A DNA stretch of 64,000 nt from Hyphomicrobiaceae bacterium (lineage in GTDB: Bacteria; Pseudomonadota; Alphaproteobacteria; Rhizobiales; Hyphomicrobiaceae): NCBI GenBank assembly GCA_044507625.1, contig JBIQJE010000009.1, positions 31,842 through 95,841 on the forward strand, in the 5' to 3' direction. Each line of letters begins with the position of its first letter. Position 1 is the stretch's first letter. The notes under the pieces are model-generated. The model was given only the letters and a program-made list of their open reading frames with translations. It did no database searches and was not told the origin of the DNA. Positions 47,503-55,852 of the stretch are shown here, piece after piece. Position numbers and translations under genes: made by a program.

Positions 47503-47751
47503 ATGCATAGGATTCTAGCAATCGCTGCAGCCGCCGCGCTTTCGGTGGCGGTGCCATTTGCAATCGCCAATGCCGAGGACGCGAAGGGCGGCACGCCGGA
47601 GGCCAATGCGCCGGGCGCGGCTTCGAACCAGGAGCCGGGCGCCGCCACTTCGAACCGCACGCCGCAAAAGCACACGGCGACGCCTGAGAACCAGGTCGAT
47701 AGAACCAAAACCGGCAAGACCTCGGATCGCTCGCCCCACAACAAGCACTGA
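47503..47751 (+). CDS. small secreted low-complexity protein
   Basis: Strong SD (AAGGAGAAAAAGT-ATG), a signal peptide (..PFAIANA) and a Pro/Thr/Asn/Lys-rich mature part. Confidence 0.6.
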   Translation: MHRILAIAAAAALSVAVPFAIANAEDAKGGTPEANAPGAASNQEPGAATSNRTPQKHTATPENQVDRTKTGKTSDRSPHNKH

Positions 47752-47907
47752 CGCTCGGCCGCCCGCGCATTCGTGTCCGGGCGGCTGGCGGCGACAGACG
47801 ATGATCGCTTCGGACCCGTCGGTCCGAAGCGTAACGTATCGGTCTGATCGAAAGACGAGCCGCATTGTAGGATTGCGACTCGGAGAAAAGCGATCGCCTC
47901 GCGTGAG

Positions 47908-48282
47908 CTAAGCCGGCACCGTGACACGATTGAGTTCGTCCGCCCAAAAGAGCAGCCCGAAGTAGACGATCTGCACGGCAATCCACACGCCCGCCACCCA
48001 ATAGACGCGCCGCTGCAGTTTCCTCGCGTGCTGGCCATACCGTCCGGCCGAGATGTCGCGCATGATGGGGATCGCATCGCCCACGCCGCGGAACGTTCCC
48101 GTCAGTGGCTGGCTTTTGGCTTGGCGCTGCATGAGCGCGCGTCCGCCGGGCGAGCTGCCGATCTTGCGGTGATACCAGATGCTCAGCCACAGCATCGGCA
48201 CCACCATGAGCACCATGCCGCCCGTCACATATGCGAGCCGCACGTTGGGATCCCGCAGCTGCTCGGCAAATGCGCTTACCAT
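47908..48282 (-). CDS. two-TM membrane protein, unknown
   Basis: An internal ATG preceded by GAGGG gives 124 aa with TM helices at MVLMVVPMLWLSIW and VAGVWIAVQIVYFGLLFW. Confidence 0.5.
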   Translation of the reverse strand: MVSAFAEQLRDPNVRLAYVTGGMVLMVVPMLWLSIWYHRKIGSSPGGRALMQRQAKSQPLTGTFRGVGDAIPIMRDISAGRYGQHARKLQRRVYWVAGVWIAVQIVYFGLLFWADELNRVTVPA

Positions 48283-48353
48283 CGATCCACCCTCTTCTAT
48301 CGGCGTAGACGCGATTATTGCCGGGTTTGCTCCGAACGGCCACGCCGGAAGAG

Positions 48354-48378
48354 GGAACGCCGAGGCGTCGGGCGCGTT
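48354..48378 (+). promoter_or_regulatory. EcfG-type general-stress-response promoter of csbD
   Basis: GGAAC-gccgaggcgtcgggcg-CGTT (N16) ends 35 nt upstream of the csbD ATG. It matches the alphaproteobacterial EcfG/SigT consensus GGAAC-N16-17-CGTT. Confidence 0.55.
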
Positions 48379-48412
48379 ATTAGCCCGTGTGTAATTACGG
48401 AGGACGAAAGCG

Positions 48413-48610
48413 ATGAATTGGGATCGCGTCGAAGGTAACTGGAAGCAGTTTACCGGCAAGGTAAAGGAGCAGTGGGGCAAACTCACTGACGACGACATCG
48501 CCCAGATCAATGGCAACCGTGAGCAGCTCGAGGGCAAGATTCAGGCGCGCTACGGCCATGCCAAGGATCAGGTGAAGCGGGATGTCGACGATTGGCTAAG
48601 CCGCTCCTGA
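48413..48610 (+). CDS. CsbD family stress protein
   Basis: NWDRVEGNWKQFTGKVKEQWGKLTDDDI..G.REQLEGKIQ..YG is the canonical CsbD sequence. Confidence 0.9.
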   Translation: MNWDRVEGNWKQFTGKVKEQWGKLTDDDIAQINGNREQLEGKIQARYGHAKDQVKRDVDDWLSRS

Positions 48611-48634
48611 ACCGGGACAATTTGCCCAAATATG

Positions 48635-48662
48635 GCGCGGCTTCGGCCGCGCTATTCTTTTT
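48635..48662 (+). terminator. intrinsic terminator of csbD
   Basis: GCGCGGC-UUCG-GCCGCGC (7-bp stem, UUCG loop) followed by TATTCTTTTT. Confidence 0.65.
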
Positions 48663-48766
48663 GGGCACAGGGCCGGCGGATTATCGCCCCCTGGCGGCCA
48701 AGCCCCTTGTGAGCGATCTCGACTCGATTCCACAATGGGCGCGGGCGCTTGACTGGGGGGTCAGCG

Positions 48767-49135
48767 ATGAAAACGTTTCAAGCCACTATGCTCACCGACA
48801 CGACCGTCTCGCAGGACCGGCGGCGTTTCGAGCTCACCTTCCGCGACGCGGACGGTCAGGAATACGCGATCAGCATCCCGTCGGCGATCGCCGCGGACCT
48901 CGTGCCCGTGCTGGAGACGCTCGCCGCGGCCCAGCCGCGGATGGGGGGTGCGGAGATGACCCGGCTGCCGAAGACATGCGCGGTGGGCCACGCGACGGGA
49001 GAGCGCATGGTGCTGCTGCGCTTTGACGATGAGGCGCCGTATGCGATCGAGCTGGAGGTCGCGCAGGCGATTGCCGAGCAGATCCAGGAGCAGAGCTCCG
49101 AGCTGACCGAAGCGCGCCGCCCAGCCCTGCATTGA
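48767..49135 (+). CDS. hypothetical protein
   Basis: ATG preceded by GGGGGG. 122 aa. No motif recognised. Confidence 0.5.
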   Translation: MKTFQATMLTDTTVSQDRRRFELTFRDADGQEYAISIPSAIAADLVPVLETLAAAQPRMGGAEMTRLPKTCAVGHATGERMVLLRFDDEAPYAIELEVAQAIAEQIQEQSSELTEARRPALH

Positions 49136-49253
49136 GCGCGCAGCAAGACGCGGCCCGTTGATTGCCTGCGCGGTTTCCGCGAAGCTACGGCCGGCTTCGG
49201 AACCGCGGCGAGCTTCGTCACGTACGCGAATGATCAGGCAGAGATCCGGTTTG

Positions 49254-49973
49254 ATGCGAGCTGTTTCAGCTCTGAGACTATTCGCCTGGCGTCCACTGGT
49301 GGCGTTCGCAGCGCTTTCATCGCTCGCCGTTGCCGAGCCTTTGCCGGCGCCGGTCTGGCGCGATGACTACACCACGCGCGTCGAAGCCCTTGCGCTGCTG
49401 CAAACCCTCAACGCCGAGCTCTTGAGCAACAATAGCGCGACGTTGACACTCGATCGCTGGTGCGCCGCCCACAACCTCGCTTCCCCGGCGCGGATCCTCG
49501 CCGAACGCGTCGGCGGCGCCGATGCCGCCGCGACCGACGAGCAGCGCAAGCTCCTCGCCGTCGGTCCCGACGAGCCCGTACGCTTCCGCCGCGTGCGCTT
49601 GAAGTGCGGAACACACGTGCTCTCCGAAGCGGAGAATTGGTATGTGCCCGCGCGGCTCACGCCCGAAATGAACCGGACGCTCGATACCACCGACACGGCA
49701 TTCGGCCGCGTGGTGAAACCGCTGAATTTCCAGCGGCGGACGCTGTCGGCAAAGCTGCTCTGGTCGCCGCTGCCCATGGGATGGGAGATGCGCGCGGCGA
49801 ACGACAACACGCCCCTGCCGGGCAATGGCACGCTGCAAATCCCCCACGAGGTTCTGCAACACCGCGCCGTGCTGGTGCTGCCCGATGGCACGCCGATCAG
49901 CCAGGTGACCGAGACCTACACCGGCAACGTGCTCGCCTTCCCCGATCCGCTGCCGCCGTCGAAGGCGCGCTGA
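49254..49973 (+). CDS. secreted hypothetical protein (possibly chorismate-lyase/DUF98-like fold)
   Basis: Signal peptide (..FAALSSLAVA). The pattern R.V.L.CG..VLSEA.NWY.P..L......L..T..AFG..V resembles the UbiC/DUF98 family. The functional guess is weak. Confidence 0.55.
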   Translation: MRAVSALRLFAWRPLVAFAALSSLAVAEPLPAPVWRDDYTTRVEALALLQTLNAELLSNNSATLTLDRWCAAHNLASPARILAERVGGADAAATDEQRKLLAVGPDEPVRFRRVRLKCGTHVLSEAENWYVPARLTPEMNRTLDTTDTAFGRVVKPLNFQRRTLSAKLLWSPLPMGWEMRAANDNTPLPGNGTLQIPHEVLQHRAVLVLPDGTPISQVTETYTGNVLAFPDPLPPSKAR

Positions 49974-50101
49974 CGGCCGTATGGCAGCGGTGCCAGTCCG
50001 CGCGGATCCGGCCACGATTATTTAACCGGCAGCCGTGTCCCTTAGCAGCTCCACCGGCAGATCGTTCCTGCCGCGCATCGGCATGGGAGAAACGGGCGAG
50101 T

Positions 50102-51214
50102 ATGTGCACATCGTTGAGCTACCGGGATGCCGCGGGCAAGGTCTACTTCGGGCGCACCTTGGAGCTTTCGGTCGATCTTCCGTACCGGCTCGCCTTTTTT
50201 CCCGCAGGCTTCGCCTTCACCTCGCACATTACCGGCTACGCTGCGCTCGAATACGCGGCGAAGAACGCCTTTTTCGCCGTGACGATGCCGGCGCATGTGC
50301 CGAAGCCCGGCGCCGAGCCCGCGCCTTCCGAATTGAAGGTTCTGGAGGGCCTCAACGATAAGGGGCTGACCTTCAGTCTCCTTTCCTATCCCGCAGCAGG
50401 CGGCGATCAGCCACCGGTCGCGCCGGGTCGAAGCGTGCTTTCCGCTTCCGATCTCGGCAGCTGGGCCCTCAGTCAGTTTTCGACCGTTGCAGAGGTGAAG
50501 GCGGCGCTCGCCGATCAGCCGCTGATGCTCGAAGCGCTGCCTATTCTCGGCGGCGCCGTCTCCCCGTTTCATTACGTCGTGCACGATGCTTCGGGTTCCT
50601 GCCTCGTCGTGGAGTTCCATCGCGGCGTCATGTCGGTCTACGACAATCCCGTCGGCGTGATGACGAACGGTCCGGAATTCAGCTGGCATCTCACCAACCT
50701 CGACAACTACACCTTCCTCAGCAACGTCGATCGTTCGCGCGCAACGTTCGGCGCCTATGAAGCGGTGCAGCCCGATTCAGGAATTGCGACAGTTGGGCTT
50801 CCCGCCTCCAACACCTCGGTGGGACGCTTCGTGCGCGCCGTGTACTACGCCCAGTACGCCGAAAAAGCGCCGACGCCCGACCGTGCGCTGACGACGCTCG
50901 CGCACATCATGAACAACTTCGACCGGCCGCGCGGCATCACCATCGACTATCCCGACGGCGGCGCCGGACACCTCGAGGTGCCGGGGCTCAGCACTGGCGG
51001 CAGTGAACCCTACGCAACCGAATACTCTTGCTGGACGAGCCTTGCCGATCTCGACCGCCGTCTTCTGCTGGTGAGAGGCTATGGCAGCCTGAATTTCAGC
51101 CGGTTGGATCTGACGGCGTTTGCGGGCGTTGATCAACCGCGGGTGCTGCCGTTCAGCCGGCTTGACGCGGCGGCGGTCGATACTACCGGTGTGCTGCGCG
51201 GCGCCCGCGTTTGA
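50102..51214 (+). CDS. choloylglycine hydrolase family (linear amide C-N, Ntn) hydrolase
   Basis: The N-terminal MC (nucleophile Cys2), ..YFGRT.E, ..NDKGL and ..MTN.P.F.WH motifs fit the family. The long ORF from 49460 is an upstream artefact. Confidence 0.85.
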   Translation: MCTSLSYRDAAGKVYFGRTLELSVDLPYRLAFFPAGFAFTSHITGYAALEYAAKNAFFAVTMPAHVPKPGAEPAPSELKVLEGLNDKGLTFSLLSYPAAGGDQPPVAPGRSVLSASDLGSWALSQFSTVAEVKAALADQPLMLEALPILGGAVSPFHYVVHDASGSCLVVEFHRGVMSVYDNPVGVMTNGPEFSWHLTNLDNYTFLSNVDRSRATFGAYEAVQPDSGIATVGLPASNTSVGRFVRAVYYAQYAEKAPTPDRALTTLAHIMNNFDRPRGITIDYPDGGAGHLEVPGLSTGGSEPYATEYSCWTSLADLDRRLLLVRGYGSLNFSRLDLTAFAGVDQPRVLPFSRLDAAAVDTTGVLRGARV

Positions 51215-51355
51215 GGCCGGTGCCCTGGCGAAAGTTCAGACGCGCCGCTTTGCTCCAATCGCCCTTAGATTTGAGCAAGATTGATCGCGCGGACCGCGCG
51301 CATACGCCCCGCGGCTCCGCTATGGTCCACTGCCACTGCCGAACGGAGGATCGAA

Positions 51356-51880
51356 ATGGCCCAGACCCGCGCCACCGAACGCAGCGTGTTGACCCGCGAG
51401 CAGCTCGAGCTCGTCGACAAGACGCACCATCCCGCGATCTACGACGCCGATGCGAAGGAGCTGCGAGCGCTCAAGAAGCAGCTGCGCGAGGAGCGCGGCA
51501 AGGTACGAACGCTCGTCCGCCAGCGTCAGCGGGAGGCGAGGGGCAAGGCCGAGCCGCGCGGAAAATCGTTCCCCGGTGGCACCGAGCAGCCGCTGAAGCG
51601 CAAGCAGGCCCTTTCCGGTGCCTTGAAGCGGGTCAACCGGGAGCTCGGCCGCCTGCGTATCCTGGAGGCCCGCACCGCACACGTCGATGCCGCCCGCCGG
51701 GCGCTGGCGCTGCACCGCAGCGCCGGGTTCGAGACCACGAAGCCGCCGAGCCGGACCGCGAACGAAGGCATGGAGCCGATTCCCCGCACGCGGCGCCGCA
51801 GGATCATTCCCGGCAGCCAGATCGGCAGCGTATCGCAGGCAACGAAAGTGGCGCAGGCGATAAAGGACAACCGGACCTGA
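51356..51880 (+). CDS. highly basic hypothetical protein
   Basis: GGAGG lies 6 nt upstream of the ATG. 174 aa, Arg/Lys-rich and predicted helical. No family recognised. Confidence 0.5.
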   Translation: MAQTRATERSVLTREQLELVDKTHHPAIYDADAKELRALKKQLREERGKVRTLVRQRQREARGKAEPRGKSFPGGTEQPLKRKQALSGALKRVNRELGRLRILEARTAHVDAARRALALHRSAGFETTKPPSRTANEGMEPIPRTRRRRIIPGSQIGSVSQATKVAQAIKDNRT

Positions 51881-52132
51881 GCCGACTTTTCCGCTGCGCG
51901 CGGCGCTAACCAAAGAAAATGCAACATCAATCCGCCACCGCCCGGGCGTTTGCCCGGGCCGATCCGGCGCGCGCTGCGGGATGTCCCCTTGCCCCGGCAA
52001 CCCATATCCTTGACAACCTCTTGAGGCCATGCGCTTTTCCCGCGCGCGAATAGAAAATTAATGTGTAATTGCGGCCGGTGCCGATCGCACCGGCGGCCGT
52101 TGCGCGAAGCTGCATGGCGGGACTGCGAAAAG

Positions 52133-54004
52133 ATGGCTGAGGCGAAGGCTCAAGGTAAGTCGGAAAAGGCGGAATCGGCTGTGGGCGCCCCGGCGGGTGA
52201 TCTGCACCGCTATCGCTCGCACACGTGCGGCGCCTTGCGTGCCTCCGACATCGGCAATACCGCGCGCCTCTCGGGCTGGGTGCACCGCGTACGCGACCAC
52301 GGCGGCCTCCTCTTCATCGATCTGCGCGACCACTACGGCATCACCCAGGTCGTGGCCGATCCCGACAGCCCCGCTTTCAAGACCGCAGAAGCCGTACGCT
52401 CCGAGTGGGTGATCCGCGTCGACGGCGCGGTGCGCAAGCGTCCCGAGGGCACGGTGAACCCCGAGCTGCCCACGGGCGAGGTCGAGCTGTTCGCGACCGA
52501 GATCGAAGTGCTTTCGCAAGCGAAGGAGCTGCCGGTTCCGGTGTTCGGTGAGCCGGACTATCCGGAAGATCTGCGCCTGCAATATCGCTTCCTCGATCTG
52601 CGCCGCGAAACGCTGCACAAGAACATCATGCAGCGGCTGGCGATCATCGCATCGATCCGCAAGCGCATGACGGAAGCAGCGTTCTTCGAGTTCTCGACAC
52701 CGATCCTCACCGCGTCCTCGCCCGAGGGCGCGCGGGACTTCCTCGTGCCTTCGCGCATCCATGCAGGCAAGTTCTACGCCCTGCCGCAGGCGCCGCAGAT
52801 CTATAAGCAGCTGCTGATGGTCTCGGGCTTCGACCGTTACTTCCAGATCGCGCCCTGCTTCCGCGACGAGGATCCGCGCGCCGATCGCCTGCCGGGTGAA
52901 TTCTATCAGCTCGATGTCGAGATGAGCTTCGTCACCCAGGAAGACGTGTTCAACAAGATGGAACCCGTCATTACCGGCGTGTTCGAGGAATTTGCCGCCA
53001 TCACCGGGGAGAGGAAGTCGGTCACCCACGGCTGGCCGCGCATTCCCTACAGCGAAGCGATCTCGAAATACGGCAGCGATAAACCCGACCTGCGCAACCC
53101 GATCGAGATGCAGGACGTGACGGAGCACTTCCGCGGGTCCGGCTTCAAGATCTTCGCCGGCATGATCGACAAGGATCCGAAGGTGCGCGTGTGGGCGATC
53201 CCCGCGCCGGGCGGCGGCTCGCGTGCCTTCTGCGACCGCATGAACTCATGGGCGCAGGGCGAAGGCCAGCCGGGCCTTGCCTACATCTTCTTCCGTGAAG
53301 GCGAGGCTGCCGGTCCGGTCGGCAAGAACCTCGGCCCGGAACGCGCCGATGCAATCCGCGCGCAGCTCGGCCTCAAGGAGGGCGATGCGGTCTTCTTCAC
53401 GGCCGGTAACCCCGCGCGATTCTACCGCTTCGCAGGCGAGGCGCGCACGCGCATCGGCGAGGAACTGAAGCTCATCGACGAGACGAAGTTCGCGCTCGCC
53501 TGGATCGTCGACTTCCCCTTCTACGAGTGGAACGAGGACGAGAAGAAGATCGACTTCTCGCACAACCCATTCTCCATGCCCCAGGGCGGGCTCGAAACGC
53601 TGCAGGGCGCTGCCTCCGACGAGGAGCGCCTCGACATCAAGGCCTACCAGTACGACATCGTCTGCAACGGCTACGAGATCGCCTCGGGCTCGATCCGCAA
53701 CCATCGGCCCGACACGATGGTGAAGGCTTTCGAGATCACGGGGCTTTCGCAGGCGGACGTCGAGGCGCGCTTCGGCGGCCTCTATCGCGCGTTCCAGTAT
53801 GGCGCGCCGCCCCACGGCGGAATGGCCGCGGGCATCGATCGTATCGTGATGCTGCTCGTCGGCGCCAAGAACCTGCGTGAAATCTCGCTGTTCCCGATGA
53901 ACCAGCAAGCCGCCGACCTGCTGATGGGCGCGCCTTCCGAAGTCGCGCCGAAGCAGCTCCGCGAGCTGCACATCCGCGTCGTTGCACCCGAAAAAAAGGA
54001 GTAG
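52133..54004 (+). CDS. aspS: aspartate--tRNA ligase
   Basis: [35 protein letters not shown] and GG.A.G.DR are class IIb motifs. The start is upstream of the usual Met (see findings). Confidence 0.95.
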   Translation: MAEAKAQGKSEKAESAVGAPAGDLHRYRSHTCGALRASDIGNTARLSGWVHRVRDHGGLLFIDLRDHYGITQVVADPDSPAFKTAEAVRSEWVIRVDGAVRKRPEGTVNPELPTGEVELFATEIEVLSQAKELPVPVFGEPDYPEDLRLQYRFLDLRRETLHKNIMQRLAIIASIRKRMTEAAFFEFSTPILTASSPEGARDFLVPSRIHAGKFYALPQAPQIYKQLLMVSGFDRYFQIAPCFRDEDPRADRLPGEFYQLDVEMSFVTQEDVFNKMEPVITGVFEEFAAITGERKSVTHGWPRIPYSEAISKYGSDKPDLRNPIEMQDVTEHFRGSGFKIFAGMIDKDPKVRVWAIPAPGGGSRAFCDRMNSWAQGEGQPGLAYIFFREGEAAGPVGKNLGPERADAIRAQLGLKEGDAVFFTAGNPARFYRFAGEARTRIGEELKLIDETKFALAWIVDFPFYEWNEDEKKIDFSHNPFSMPQGGLETLQGAASDEERLDIKAYQYDIVCNGYEIASGSIRNHRPDTMVKAFEITGLSQADVEARFGGLYRAFQYGAPPHGGMAAGIDRIVMLLVGAKNLREISLFPMNQQAADLLMGAPSEVAPKQLRELHIRVVAPEKKE

Positions 54005-54043
54005 GCAGACGCAGCCGTCGCGAGCCGTCGCTGACAATCTTGC

Positions 54044-54859
54044 ATGTGGGTATTCGTGATCAACCTCGACCGTGACCGCGACCGCCTCACTCGGATGGTC
54101 GGCGAGGCGCAGCGCGTTGGGATCGAATTCGAACGCTTCGTCGCCATCGACGGCAATCGCCTCGATATCGAGCTGCGCGATCAGTTCTATCTGGGCAGCG
54201 ACCCGCACGAGAAAGCCTTCACGCCGGGCGAGATCGGCTGCTACGCAAGCCACCTGCGCATCCACCGTCTGCTGGAGGATCGCGAGGGCGAATACGCGCT
54301 CGTCCTGGAAGACGACGTGCGCCTCGACGACGATCTCGTTCCCACCATCAAGGCCGCCGTAGCCCAGGCGCGCGACTGGGATATCATCCGGCTTTCCAAT
54401 GCGCCGAAATCCGCCGTCTTGCCGGTGGCCCCGTTGGGCAACGGCCGCGACCTCGTGCGCTTCTGGACCGTGCCCAACGGCACCGGCGCCTATCTCATCA
54501 GCCGCACCGGCGCGATCAAATTCAGCGAAGGTTATGCGCGGCGCCTGCTGCCCATCGATGAAGATCTGCGCCGTCCCTGGCGCAGCGGGCTCAATATGTT
54601 CGGGGTCGTGCCGCCCCCCGTAGAGCCGGACGTGCTCGAAGTCTCGCAGATCGACCAAATGGGGCGCGACCGCAGCCTGGCCGCGCGGGCCCGCTTCCGC
54701 GATGCTGCACCCCATCGCGACTTCGCCGGAAAGCTGCGCTATCGGCTCGAAGCGTTCGGCTCCTTCGGCTTTGCGCGCGCGCTGCTCCGCTCGGCGATCG
54801 CGTCGCTGGTGAAGCGCGTGCGCGGCCGCGCCGCCGCGGAGCGATACTACCGGCTCTGA
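54044..54859 (+). CDS. glycosyltransferase family 25 (LPS/LOS biosynthesis)
   Basis: VINLDRDRDRL....E......FERF.A.DG..L, GEIGCYASH and LEDD are typical of GT25. Confidence 0.85.
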   Translation: MWVFVINLDRDRDRLTRMVGEAQRVGIEFERFVAIDGNRLDIELRDQFYLGSDPHEKAFTPGEIGCYASHLRIHRLLEDREGEYALVLEDDVRLDDDLVPTIKAAVAQARDWDIIRLSNAPKSAVLPVAPLGNGRDLVRFWTVPNGTGAYLISRTGAIKFSEGYARRLLPIDEDLRRPWRSGLNMFGVVPPPVEPDVLEVSQIDQMGRDRSLAARARFRDAAPHRDFAGKLRYRLEAFGSFGFARALLRSAIASLVKRVRGRAAAERYYRL

Positions 54860-54869
54860 GCGTTGCGCC

Positions 54870-55607
54870 ATGGCGGAGGGGACGATGGACTGGCAGCAGA
54901 AGATCTTCCGCTACTGCGAGCGCGGCGGCGATCCGGGATTCTGGGCCGAGCCGCTCAACGCCATCTCCAACGGCGCGTTTATCATCGCAGCGATCGTGGC
55001 GGCGCTCATTCTGGCGCGCCGTCCCGCGGGCCAGCGCGGCGGCATCGCCGAATGGGCGCTCATCGCGATGACGTTCGTCATCGGCGTCGGCAGCTTCCTG
55101 TTTCACACCTATGCGACGCTTTGGGCCGCGAAAGCCGACACCATCCCCATCGGCATCTTCATGTTCGCCTACGTCGCCTATGCGCTGCGCCGCTATCTGG
55201 CGCTCAATTGGCTGCTGGCGCTGATCGGACTTGCGGTGTTCTGGTGGAGCCTGCAATACGCTGCCGGTATTCAATGCCGTGCGGGCTTGTTTGCGGTCGT
55301 CGGAAATGCGCGCCACTGCCTCAACGGCACGATGACGTATGCGCCGGCACTCGTGGCGATGGTGGTCATAGGCACCGCTGCGGCCGTGCGGCGCCAGCGT
55401 GCAGCGCCCTATCTCTTCGCCGCCGCCGTCGTCTTTTTGGCTGCGATGACTTTCCGCACGGTCGATTGGGAGATGTGCTCACGCTCGATCGTCGCCGGCC
55501 GCACCCTCGGCACGCACTTCCTCTGGCACACCTTCAATGGATTGGCGCTTTTCATCCTGCTGCTGGGAGCTATCCGCCACGGCCAGCCGAAGCCGCGGCA
55601 GGCATAG
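54870..55607 (+). CDS. ceramidase-domain (alkaline ceramidase-like) 7-TM protein
   Basis: YCERGGDPGFWAEPLNAISNGAFIIAA, FLFHT and ..HFLWH are conserved His and polar positions of the ceramidase family, as I recall them. Confidence 0.65.
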   Translation: MAEGTMDWQQKIFRYCERGGDPGFWAEPLNAISNGAFIIAAIVAALILARRPAGQRGGIAEWALIAMTFVIGVGSFLFHTYATLWAAKADTIPIGIFMFAYVAYALRRYLALNWLLALIGLAVFWWSLQYAAGIQCRAGLFAVVGNARHCLNGTMTYAPALVAMVVIGTAAAVRRQRAAPYLFAAAVVFLAAMTFRTVDWEMCSRSIVAGRTLGTHFLWHTFNGLALFILLLGAIRHGQPKPRQA

Positions 55608-55712
55608 ACAACCGAACCTCGGCATCGAAGTTTTGCCCAGCCTGGGATTATCGCGCCGTCTCCCATCGCAGCGATTGCGCGCGCCGCCCTGGGGCCCCAT
55701 AAACGGGCCGTT

Positions 55713-55799
55713 GCGGACGTGGTGGAACTGGTAGACACACAGGACTTAAAATCCTGAGGCGGCAACGCCGTGTGGGTTCGATTCCCACCGTCCGCACCA
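55713..55799 (+). tRNA. tRNA-Leu (anticodon UAA)
   Basis: Acceptor stem GCGGACG/CGTCCGC. Anticodon stem-loop CAGGA-CTTAAAA-TCCTG. Long variable arm, GGTTCGATTCC T-loop and encoded CCA. Confidence 0.93.
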
Positions 55800-55852
55800 A
55801 TGATTTCAATGGCAGAGGTGGTGTGCAGTTTGTGTGCACCGACCCCAGGAGT

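Noticed and set aside
52058-54871. 356-aa and 541-aa minus ORFs antisense to aspS and GT25
   Set aside because: These are shadow ORFs opposite unambiguous genes.
55800-55852. Integrase, att repeat or other mobility signature next to tRNA-Leu
   Set aside because: There is no integrase-like ORF anywhere downstream in the window. I could not find a copy of the tRNA 3' end (..TTCGATTCCCACCGTCCGCACCA) by eye. The island hypothesis therefore rests only on composition.
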